Assembly: GCA_029246845.1 (NCBI GenBank)
Contig: JAQWMJ010000021.1
Location: 1 to 34,372 of the forward strand
From: Thermodesulfobacteriota bacterium
GTDB lineage: Bacteria; Desulfobacterota_D; UBA1144
Length of the DNA stretch: 34,372 nucleotides
Direction: 5' to 3'
This document shows positions 26,157 to 34,372 of this stretch, one piece after another. Position numbers and translations under genes: made by a program. Every line of letters starts with the position of its first letter. Position 1 is the first letter of the stretch. A model generated the notes under the pieces. It saw nothing but the letters and a program-made list of their open reading frames with translations. It was not told the origin of the DNA and made no database searches.

Positions 26157-28041
26157 CTTTATAAACGAGTTTAAAGAAAAAGATTCTGAATTAAAAAAAA
26201 GAGTAGGTCTTATAAAATTTTGCATATTTCTTTTTCTAATTGTAATAAGCATAAAAATATTTTCTCTTCAATTAATTAATAACGAAGAACCATTGAAGTT
26301 TTCTAAAATACAAACAAATCCTTTTCAACTTCTTGGGAATAGAGGAGAAATAAGAGATACTGATGGAAAGATTTTAGCAGTTAGTGTTGCGTATCCATCA
26401 ATCCACTTAAATCCCAGGGAAATCAAAGACAAGGTATATTATTCGAAAATACTTTCTAAGACACTTAATATTTCAGAAGCAGAGGTATTAAAAAAGTTAA
26501 ATAAAAAGAAGTATTTTGTTTGGATAAAGAGGTTGGCATCACACAAGGAAGGTAAGAAAATACTTTCATTAAAACTTCCCAATGTTTCTATAAAAATGGA
26601 ATACAAAAGAGATTATCCTTTTGGACATCTTGCAGGCCAAGTTTTAGGACACACAAACCTAGATCAAGTAGGAATGGAAGGGCTAGAGTACAAATTTAAT
26701 AAGGAACTAGTTGGATCAAAGAAAGTAATTACCTTAACAAGAGATGGTAAGGGGAAAATTATTACTGACGACCCTACGGCAATTGAAAATCCTGAGGATG
26801 GATCAAATCTAAACCTTACTATTAAAAGTAAGTATCAATTTATCTTAGAAAAAGAAATCGCTAAAGCTGTAAAGAAATCGAAAGCTTTAAGGGGATATGG
26901 TGTAGTTTTAAATCCAAATACTGGAGAAATTTATGCCATGGGTAGCTATCCATTTTTTAATCCAAATAAATACTCAGAATATCAGGATTCTGTAACTAAA
27001 AGAAATCTTCCTGCTTGGAATACTTTTGAGCCAGGTTCTGTAATGAAGAGCTTTCTAGTTGCAACTGCAATTAACGAAGGGGTTGTTGATGATCAAACTA
27101 TTATAGATTGTGAAAATGGTCAACGTAGGATAGGGAAATATATAATTCATGATGTTAACAAGAAAGGTAAGCTTGACGTATCCGGGGTGCTAAGATTCTC
27201 AAGCAATATTGGTGCATCGAAAATAATAGAAAAAATTTCCAACAAAACGTACTATTCTTACTTAAGGAGCTTAGGGTTTGGTACTAAAACAAATATTAAA
27301 CTTCCTGGAGAAGCCAAGGGAATACTTGTTGCTCCAGAAAAATGGAGTCAGATACAAGCCGCGAATATAAGCTTTGGACAAGGAATGTCTGCAACTTCTC
27401 TACAGCTTGCAAAAGCTCTCTCTATAATAGCTAATGGTGGCATATACATTGAGCCCTATTTGGTAAAATCAATTACAAATTCACAAGGTAGGATTCTATT
27501 TGAAAATAATAGTCAACCAGGGAAAAGAGTTTTATCTTATGCTACAAGCAAGAAAATGAGACAACTTTTGAAATCTGTTGTTGAGGATGGTGGAGGCCAT
27601 AAGGCTCAAATTGATGGAGTCAGTGTCTCGGGTAAAACGGGAACTGGACAAGTTGCAATCAAGGGGGGTTATTCTAAAAAAAGATTTATTGTTTCTTTTA
27701 TTGGATTTGCACCTAGCGATAGGCCACAGCTAGTAAGCGTTATAACTATTGACTACCCTAAAGGAGAAAGGGCTTATGGTGGACGTTGGGCAGCTCCAGT
27801 TTTTAAAAAAACAATTGAAAAAATATTAATAGATGAAGAAAAAATTAAAAAATTTGCAAGAGTAAAAGATGTCCCATCCTTCATAGGGAAGGCTAAAAGA
27901 GAAGCAATCAAAATAGCAAAAGAAAAAAATGTCAAAATAAGAATAGTTGGTAATGGTTTCGTAAAGAAACAAACACCTAGTCCTGGAAATGACTATATAT
28001 TTCAAGAAGAGATTAGTTTATTTCTAGAGCCTGGAATTTAG
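26149..28041 (+). CDS. ftsI: Septal transpeptidase PBP3 with C-terminal PASTA domain
   Basis: RGEIRD, FEPGSVMK (SxxK), SSN, GKTGT; PASTA-like VPSFIGK...VKKQTPSPG. Confidence 0.94.
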   Translation: MNNFINEFKEKDSELKKRVGLIKFCIFLFLIVISIKIFSLQLINNEEPLKFSKIQTNPFQLLGNRGEIRDTDGKILAVSVAYPSIHLNPREIKDKVYYSKILSKTLNISEAEVLKKLNKKKYFVWIKRLASHKEGKKILSLKLPNVSIKMEYKRDYPFGHLAGQVLGHTNLDQVGMEGLEYKFNKELVGSKKVITLTRDGKGKIITDDPTAIENPEDGSNLNLTIKSKYQFILEKEIAKAVKKSKALRGYGVVLNPNTGEIYAMGSYPFFNPNKYSEYQDSVTKRNLPAWNTFEPGSVMKSFLVATAINEGVVDDQTIIDCENGQRRIGKYIIHDVNKKGKLDVSGVLRFSSNIGASKIIEKISNKTYYSYLRSLGFGTKTNIKLPGEAKGILVAPEKWSQIQAANISFGQGMSATSLQLAKALSIIANGGIYIEPYLVKSITNSQGRILFENNSQPGKRVLSYATSKKMRQLLKSVVEDGGGHKAQIDGVSVSGKTGTGQVAIKGGYSKKRFIVSFIGFAPSDRPQLVSVITIDYPKGERAYGGRWAAPVFKKTIEKILIDEEKIKKFARVKDVPSFIGKAKREAIKIAKEKNVKIRIVGNGFVKKQTPSPGNDYIFQEEISLFLEPGI

Positions 28042-28044
28042 ATC

Positions 28045-29502
28045 ATGTATATTTCAAAAAATAATCAGATATTTAAAAAAATAAAAAATCTAGGGATCCC
28101 ATCTAATAACTCAAAGAATATAAAGGAAACTGGCGTTTTTTTTGCAATAAAGGGAGAAAAGACAGATGGAAGCTTCTATATTAAGGATGCAATTAAAAAA
28201 GGAGCTTCTGCTATTGTAGCTGAAAAAGGTCTGGACATTAGCAATATTCCCGAAGAAGTTTTGATTTACATAGTTCCAGATTGTAAAAAAGCTTATTCTT
28301 TAGCATGCAGTGAATCATCATCTAACCCTTCAGCTAAATTAGATATGTGCGGTATAACCGGTACAAATGGAAAAACATCTATAGCTTATATGTTAAAAGA
28401 AATATGGAAGGATAAGGGCTCGGGACTAATTGGAACAATTGGTAGTATCTATGGAAGAAAAAAAGTGCAGTCAGAGCTAACGACACCTGATGCTTATGAA
28501 CTAAATAAACTCTTAAAGCAGATGAAGAGTGACGCTGTTAGAAGAGTTTTCCTTGAAGTCTCATCTCATTCACTTGAGCTTTCCAGAGTTGAAGGAATAA
28601 GTTTTAACTCTGCAATATTTACAAATATATCAAGGGATCATTTAGATTTTCACAAAACGATGAATAGGTACTATAAGACTAAGAGTAAGTTATTTTTTGA
28701 CCATTTAGTTAATAGCAATAAAAAGAACAAAATTGCAGTAATTAACTTAGATGACAAATATGGAAGAAAAATTATCGATAAATTAAAAAGTAAAATTAAA
28801 ACTATTACTTATTCGATTACTGATATAAGAGCAGACTTTTATTTAAAGGAAGCAAAAAATAATAAATTTGGCACCAATCTAATAATAAAAAATATGAAAA
28901 AAGATTACTCTGTGGATACAAAATTATTTGGTAATTATAATTTTGAAAATATTCTTGCGGCATTTGCTTTTTCAAAGACTAAAGGTCTGCCTATCAGAAC
29001 AATATGTAAAGGCATAAAAGAATTTAATGGCGCACCAGGCAGATTAGAAAAAATTTATAAAAATATATTTATAGATTATGCACATACTCCAGATGCTTTA
29101 AAAAAATCTATTGTTTCTTTAAAGCAAAATTTTCCTGATCGAAAGCTGACTGTTCTTTTTGGCTGTGGTGGAGATAGGGATAAAGGTAAGCGTCACGAAA
29201 TGGGAAGAGTGAGCTCTATGGAAGCGGATAAGATTATAGTCACTTCTGACAACCCTAGATACGAAGATCCCAAGGATATAATAAAGGATATAGTCTTAGG
29301 TGTTAAGGTTAAGGATAAACAAAAAGTGGAAGTTATTCTAAATAGAAGAGAGGCAATTAAGTTTGCGGTAGAAAACCTTAAAGCTGGCAATCAGCTACTA
29401 ATTACAGGTAAGGGTCACGAGGAATATCAAGATATTAAAGGAAAAAAACATAAATTCTCAGATAAAGTGGAAATTAAAAAATGTCTAAAGAAATGCTCTT
29501 AA
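28045..29502 (+). CDS. murE: UDP-MurNAc-tripeptide ligase (meso-DAP type)
   Basis: GITGTNGKTS, LTTPD, EVSSH, DHLDFH, DYAHTPD, GCGGDRD, SDNPR and GKGHE. Confidence 0.97.
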   Translation: MYISKNNQIFKKIKNLGIPSNNSKNIKETGVFFAIKGEKTDGSFYIKDAIKKGASAIVAEKGLDISNIPEEVLIYIVPDCKKAYSLACSESSSNPSAKLDMCGITGTNGKTSIAYMLKEIWKDKGSGLIGTIGSIYGRKKVQSELTTPDAYELNKLLKQMKSDAVRRVFLEVSSHSLELSRVEGISFNSAIFTNISRDHLDFHKTMNRYYKTKSKLFFDHLVNSNKKNKIAVINLDDKYGRKIIDKLKSKIKTITYSITDIRADFYLKEAKNNKFGTNLIIKNMKKDYSVDTKLFGNYNFENILAAFAFSKTKGLPIRTICKGIKEFNGAPGRLEKIYKNIFIDYAHTPDALKKSIVSLKQNFPDRKLTVLFGCGGDRDKGKRHEMGRVSSMEADKIIVTSDNPRYEDPKDIIKDIVLGVKVKDKQKVEVILNRREAIKFAVENLKAGNQLLITGKGHEEYQDIKGKKHKFSDKVEIKKCLKKCS

Positions 29503-30854
29503 CTAAAAAAAAATTAGCTGATTTTATAAAAAAGAGTAAAGATGTGACTTATGTTGATCCAAATGTAAGACTTAATAATTTTAATAATATCTCTACTGAC
29601 TCTAGAAAAATTAACAAAGGGGATATCTTTATCGCATTAGATGGGGAAAATTTTGAAGGTCATAATTTTATCTCTGAAGCATTAAGCAATGGCGCAGAAT
29701 TTTGCATTAGTACCAAGAGAAACAGCTCGCCTAAGCAAATAACAGTAAATTCAACACTGGATTTTATTCAACATTTTGCAGGCTATCTAATTGAATCTAC
29801 TCCTAAATTAAAGACTTTTGGTATCACCGGAACAAATGGTAAAACTTCAACAAAAGAAATTCTTAAGAATATAATATCCAAACAATTTAATGTATTGGCA
29901 ACCCATGGGAATTTAAATAACCAAATAGGGCTACCTTTGACAATATTTAATCTTACTGACATGCATGAGATTCTAATATTAGAAATGGGTACTAATTCTA
30001 AGGGTGAAATTGAGAACTTAGCTAAAATTGCAAAGCCTCATTTTGCAACAATAACAAATATCGGAAAGGGTCACACAGAAGGTTTGATAAATGAAAAAAA
30101 TATTTTTTTTGAAAAATTAAACATAACAAAATATTTTGATGCACAATCTACTTTTTCATTTAATATGGATGATAAATTTATAAATGATTTCTATTCGAAA
30201 CTTAATTGCAAGAAAGTAAGCTATGGGATAATAAATGAGGCAGATGTAACAGCTAAAAATATTAGTGATAATTTTTCTTCTTTTAATCTATGTTATAAAA
30301 ATTCTAATTATCCTGTAAGTCTAAAAGCTCCAGGTTTAAATAATATATACAACTCACTTTGCTCGGCAACATTAGCGATAGCAGCTAATGTTGAAATTGA
30401 ATTAATTATAAGTGCCATAAATTCGTTCCAAGGAATAGAGAATAGGTTTAGGATTACTAATCTTACAAGAGGGAATATTATTATAAATGATACTTACAAC
30501 GCAAATCCTGATTCTACAGTAAGAGCTATTGAAATGGTAAAAAAGATGTTTCCAGAGAAGAAAAAAATTGCTATTTTGGGTAGCATGTTAGAACTTGGTA
30601 AAGATTCAGCATTGGAACATCAAAAAATAAGTGAACAAATTAAGCTAAATAATTTTGATGAGCTTTTTAGCTATGGAGATAACGCTAACGACTTTAACAA
30701 AAATTTAGACTTCAATACTAAATTTATAGCTTTAGAGAATCATTCTGATATTAAAAAACATATAAATTTAAATTCTCTAGATAACACTGTTATTCTAGTT
30801 AAAGGATCAAGGGGGATGAAGATGGAGAAAATAATTAATTCTTTAGGATTATAA
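29481..30854 (+). CDS. murF: UDP-MurNAc-tripeptide:D-Ala-D-Ala ligase
   Basis: STDSR, ITGTNGKTSTKE, NNQIGLPLT, LEMG, NDTYNANPDS, MLELG and LVKGSRGMKME. Alternative start ATG 29493. Confidence 0.96.
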   Translation: MSKEMLLTKKKLADFIKKSKDVTYVDPNVRLNNFNNISTDSRKINKGDIFIALDGENFEGHNFISEALSNGAEFCISTKRNSSPKQITVNSTLDFIQHFAGYLIESTPKLKTFGITGTNGKTSTKEILKNIISKQFNVLATHGNLNNQIGLPLTIFNLTDMHEILILEMGTNSKGEIENLAKIAKPHFATITNIGKGHTEGLINEKNIFFEKLNITKYFDAQSTFSFNMDDKFINDFYSKLNCKKVSYGIINEADVTAKNISDNFSSFNLCYKNSNYPVSLKAPGLNNIYNSLCSATLAIAANVEIELIISAINSFQGIENRFRITNLTRGNIIINDTYNANPDSTVRAIEMVKKMFPEKKKIAILGSMLELGKDSALEHQKISEQIKLNNFDELFSYGDNANDFNKNLDFNTKFIALENHSDIKKHINLNSLDNTVILVKGSRGMKMEKIINSLGL

Positions 30855-31945
30855 TGTTTTATTATTTGTTTGATTTATTTGTCGATTCCTTTAATTTTCT
30901 TAATATTTTTCAATATATTACTCTAAGATCTGCACTTGCAGGAATAGCATCTTTTTTCATAATTATAGTTTTAACCCCTAAGTTCATAGATTTTCTGAAC
31001 GAAAAAAACTATGGTGAGAATATTAGCTCATATCTTGAAGGACACAAAAAGAAAAAAGGTACTCCCAATATGGGTGGCATAGCAATTGGTGTCAGTATTT
31101 TAATTTCCTCTACCCTATTTGGAAATTTTGAGAATATAAATTTTATAATGGTACTTGGGACTTATATGCTCTTTGCTTTTTCAGGTTTCATAGATGATTT
31201 TATTAAACTTAAAAAAGGAAGGGGTCTGTCCATATCCAAGAAAATATCTCTACAAACTCTAATAGCTTTAACTATAATATTTTACTTCCTTATGAATGTA
31301 GAAGGCTTTCTTTATAATGACCAAATTTACAAAAATACTTTTATAGGTCTTCCTTTTACAAAAGAACTTTTTGATCTAGGTTCCATGTATTATTTCTTAT
31401 GTTTTTTAATAATTTTAGGATCTGCCAATGCTGTTAACTTAACTGATGGACTTGATGGTTTAGCTACAGGATCTTTACTTAGCACTGTTGGGGCAATTAT
31501 CTTGCTCACTTACATAGCAGGAAATGCAATCTATACTAATTATCTATATTTGCCATATATTAAAGATGTAGCGGAAGTCAGTATATTGCTTTCCGCAATA
31601 CTAGGTTCCTTATTAGGATTTCTATGGTTCAATTCAAATCCTGCACAAATATTCATGGGGGATGTTGGTTCAATACCGCTTGGAGCAACAATTGGAATAG
31701 TATCAATACTTATTAAACAAGAAGTATTGCTACTCATATCAGGGGGCATTTTTGTTATTGAAGCACTATCAGTAATAATTCAAATATTGTCATTCAGGTT
31801 TTATAATAAAAGAGTTCTCAGAATGGCTCCATTGCATCATCATTTTGAGCAATTAGGTTACTCAGAATCTAAAATCGTTATTAGATTTTGGATTGTATCA
31901 ATAATATTGGCATTAATTGCTCTAGCATCATTAAAAATAAGATAG
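30854..31945 (+). CDS. mraY: Phospho-N-acetylmuramoyl-pentapeptide transferase
   Basis: KGTPNMGG, GFIDDF, NAVNLTDGLDGL, FMGDVGS and MAPLHHHFE. Confidence 0.98.
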   Translation: MFYYLFDLFVDSFNFLNIFQYITLRSALAGIASFFIIIVLTPKFIDFLNEKNYGENISSYLEGHKKKKGTPNMGGIAIGVSILISSTLFGNFENINFIMVLGTYMLFAFSGFIDDFIKLKKGRGLSISKKISLQTLIALTIIFYFLMNVEGFLYNDQIYKNTFIGLPFTKELFDLGSMYYFLCFLIILGSANAVNLTDGLDGLATGSLLSTVGAIILLTYIAGNAIYTNYLYLPYIKDVAEVSILLSAILGSLLGFLWFNSNPAQIFMGDVGSIPLGATIGIVSILIKQEVLLLISGGIFVIEALSVIIQILSFRFYNKRVLRMAPLHHHFEQLGYSESKIVIRFWIVSIILALIALASLKIR

Positions 31946-31946
31946 T

Positions 31947-33185
31947 ATGAAAAAAATATTAATTTATGGAATGGGTAAAACCGGTATAGAGCTAGCAAGG
32001 TTTTGTAAGAGGAAATCAATCAGCTTTTTAACTTTCGATGATAATATAAATACCAATAAAGAATTTATTCAATCTTTATCTCAATGTAATGAAATCATAA
32101 TTAGTCCAGGTGTAGGTCTTAGAAATAAAAATATCAAGCTGGCTATAAAGAATAAGGTTAGGATTATAAGTGAGATTGAGTTCGCCTCTAGATTCCTTCA
32201 TAAACCTATAATAGCTATTACCGGAACAAATGGAAAAACAACTACAACGCTGCTAACTTATAAGTTATTAAAAAGTGCAAAGTTAGATGTTTTTCTTGGT
32301 GGCAACATTGGCACACCCTTAATTAAAGCCATAGAATCGCAAAACAAGTATGACTTCATATTAGTAGAGGTTAGCAGTTTTCAATTGCAATTCATTGATA
32401 AATCTTTTAGCCCATTTATCTCCGCAATGCTAAACATCTCGGAAAATCACCTAGATCATCATCTAGATATGAATGAATATGCTTCGTCAAAAAAGAAAAT
32501 TTTTAAAAATCAAAATGAAGGTAGCTATGCATTGTCAAGCAACTCTCAATTCTTGAATCAAAAATCAAAAGCTATAAGGATAAGTCCACTAAAGAATAAA
32601 GAAATTTATTCGCGGGATAATTATATTACAATTGGTGATATAAAAATTATGAAGAAAGAGCTCAAACTTCTGGGTCCTCACAATATCGAGAATATTCTCT
32701 TTTCACTAAATATTTTTTCTTTAATAAAAAAAATAACTTATAAGCAAATAAAAGCCTTAAAGACATTTACATCCCCGCCTCACAGGCTAGAAAAATTAAA
32801 AAGCAGTAAATATATAATAAATGACTCTAAATCTACTTCCCCACAAGCAACCGAGGTTGCAATAAAAAGCTTTAGCAATAAAATAGTATTAATAATGGGT
32901 GGCAAAGATAAGAAGCTAGACTATATCTCCTTAGCCAAACTGGTTAAAAGTAGAGTTAAGCGTCTTATACTTTATGGTGAAAATAAATTTGAACTTGCAA
33001 AGTTCTTTAATCCTAAGTCTACATATTTAGCAGCAAATTTATTTGAAGCAGTTTCAATAGGATTAAAAGAAGCAAAAAAAGAAAATCCTTTGGTTTTTAG
33101 TCCCGGCACATCGAGCTTTGATCAATTTGATTCATATACCCAAAGAGGAGAGACCTTCAAAAAGTATGTTAAAGAACTATCTTGA
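31947..33185 (+). CDS. murD: UDP-MurNAc-L-Ala:D-Glu ligase
   Basis: ISPGV, ITGTNGKTTTT, GGNIG, EVSSFQL, NHLDHH, HRLE, NDSKST, GGKDK and SFDQF..RG. Confidence 0.96.
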   Translation: MKKILIYGMGKTGIELARFCKRKSISFLTFDDNINTNKEFIQSLSQCNEIIISPGVGLRNKNIKLAIKNKVRIISEIEFASRFLHKPIIAITGTNGKTTTTLLTYKLLKSAKLDVFLGGNIGTPLIKAIESQNKYDFILVEVSSFQLQFIDKSFSPFISAMLNISENHLDHHLDMNEYASSKKKIFKNQNEGSYALSSNSQFLNQKSKAIRISPLKNKEIYSRDNYITIGDIKIMKKELKLLGPHNIENILFSLNIFSLIKKITYKQIKALKTFTSPPHRLEKLKSSKYIINDSKSTSPQATEVAIKSFSNKIVLIMGGKDKKLDYISLAKLVKSRVKRLILYGENKFELAKFFNPKSTYLAANLFEAVSIGLKEAKKENPLVFSPGTSSFDQFDSYTQRGETFKKYVKELS

Positions 33186-34272
33186 TTCTATAGAACCTAG
33201 AATATTATTCCTAATTTCTACAATCCTACTTTCCACTATTGGACTGCTGATGGTATTCAGTTCAAGTTCAATTATAGCAATGGAAGACCATGCAGACTCT
33301 TTTTTCTATCTAAAGAGACAGAGTCTTTTTCTTTTTATAGGACTCATTGTGATGATTATTTGTTCTAAATTAAATACAAACTTTTTATCTAAAAACTATA
33401 AATTTTTTTATATAATTGGAATAATTCTTTTACTTCTTGTTCTCATTCCTATGCTAGGTAGAAAATCTGGAGGAGCAACAAGGTGGATTCAATTCCTTTC
33501 ATTCTCTATTCAACCAATAGAAATTGCCAAGTACATGCTGTTAATATTTATAGCACAACATCTTAATATTAAGAATACCAGAATTCGGGAGTTCAAAATT
33601 GGTGTAGTTTCTACTTTTCTTCCATGCCTACCATATATACTTCTTCTCCTAATGCAACCCGACTTTGGGAATACGGTTTTAATCTGCATTACTGTTTTTA
33701 GTATGATAATTCTGTCTGGTGCGAAAATAAGTCATATATTGAGCATATTTTTTGTCTTGCTCTCCTCTTTCTTAAGCTTGATTTATGTAGCTCCATACAG
33801 AATGAAGAGAGTAATGTCATTTTTGAATCCCTATGATGATCCGCAAGGAACTGGATATCAAATAATCCAATCATTTGTTTCTTTCGCAAAAGGCAAGTTC
33901 TTTGGGGTTGGCCTAGGAAATAGCTCTCAAAAACTCTTCTTTCTACCACAGGGCTATAATGACTTTATTTTTTCAATAATTGCTGAAGAGCTAGGTTTTC
34001 TTGGTAGCATCATAATAATAATTCTTTTTGGAATCCTGATATTCAGTGGATTTAAAATGCTTGAAAGAGCAAAAGATTTATTTTCAAGAAATTTAATATC
34101 TGGAATAATAATACTTACTTCTTTACAAATCATAATAAATATCTCAGTAACTGTTGGACTGATGCCAACAAAAGGTGTACCTCTGCCCTTAATAAGCTAT
34201 GGAGGTAGTTCGCTAATATTCACCTTATTTGCATTTGGCTTAATATTAGCTTTAGATAAAAGAAGAAATTGA
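33166..34272 (+). CDS. ftsW: SEDS-family peptidoglycan polymerase FtsW
   Basis: GLLMVFSSS, GATRW, QPIEIAK, QPDFG, GYQIIQS, DFIFSIIAEELG and PTKGVPLPLISYGGSS. Start probably ATG 33166 rather than 33118. Confidence 0.96.
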   Translation: MLKNYLDSIEPRILFLISTILLSTIGLLMVFSSSSIIAMEDHADSFFYLKRQSLFLFIGLIVMIICSKLNTNFLSKNYKFFYIIGIILLLLVLIPMLGRKSGGATRWIQFLSFSIQPIEIAKYMLLIFIAQHLNIKNTRIREFKIGVVSTFLPCLPYILLLLMQPDFGNTVLICITVFSMIILSGAKISHILSIFFVLLSSFLSLIYVAPYRMKRVMSFLNPYDDPQGTGYQIIQSFVSFAKGKFFGVGLGNSSQKLFFLPQGYNDFIFSIIAEELGFLGSIIIIILFGILIFSGFKMLERAKDLFSRNLISGIIILTSLQIIINISVTVGLMPTKGVPLPLISYGGSSLIFTLFAFGLILALDKRRN

Positions 34273-34372
34273 AAAAAATTCTTATTACATTAGGTGCCAC
34301 AGGTGGCCATATTTTTCCAGCAATATCGCTATTGGAAGCGATAGAGGATTTAAATAAAGGTTTTGATGTTCG
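34269..34372 (+). CDS. murG: MurG glycosyltransferase, 5' fragment (runs off the window)
   Basis: TTG overlapping the ftsW TGA; translation MKKILITLGATGGHIFPAISL matches the GGTGGH.PA motif. Confidence 0.92.
   Translation, partial: MKKILITLGATGGHIFPAISLLEAIEDLNKGFDV

Noticed and set aside
508..33949. Numerous 60-115 aa ORFs in the track lying antisense to or out of frame within larger genes (e.g. 508-786, 5449-5703, 13711-13986, 14540-14887, 16141-16473, 33698-33949)
   Set aside because: They overlap well-supported genes and have no motifs; these are shadow ORFs.
1..34372. CRISPR arrays, IS/integrase, prophage, defence genes, tRNA/rRNA
   Set aside because: No repeat-spacer pattern, recombinase motif or structural RNA signature was seen, and almost all sequence is accounted for by coding genes.

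Overview
AT-rich, very compact bacterial chromosome segment from a diderm (TolC, several beta-barrel porins, meso-DAP-type MurE). Short or overlapping intergenic spacers suggest a streamlined, probably marine lineage; a Dadabacteria-like/deltaproteobacterial affinity is only an impression. Left to right: 5'-truncated purH; an orphan TolC; a probably highly expressed porin-like outer-membrane protein with its own promoter and terminator; a D-lactate dehydrogenase-like FAD oxidase; an unannotated 43-aa lipoprotein; a PiT-like transporter plus OprO/P-type porin (putative phosphate uptake pair); an M48 peptidase and an atypical class I/II PLP enzyme divergent from a deoxyhypusine-synthase-like gene; a long minus-strand housekeeping run (thiE, plant-type thrC, aroE, ribF, trkH, trkA, small OMP, recJ, aroQ, murJ); an MBL hydrolase; and the dcw cluster mraZ-rsmH-ftsL-ftsI-murE-murF-mraY-murD-ftsW-murG (partial). 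I saw no mobile element, CRISPR array, rRNA or tRNA. Best leads: (1) the PLP enzyme with rewired active-site motifs paired with the DHS-like gene, (2) murJ lacking an in-frame canonical start (ATA start or A8 frameshift), (3) the PiT-like/porin operon with a structured leader and a candidate upstream sRNA, (4) the tiny lipoprotein, (5) non-canonical 10-bp-phased repeats before mraZ.
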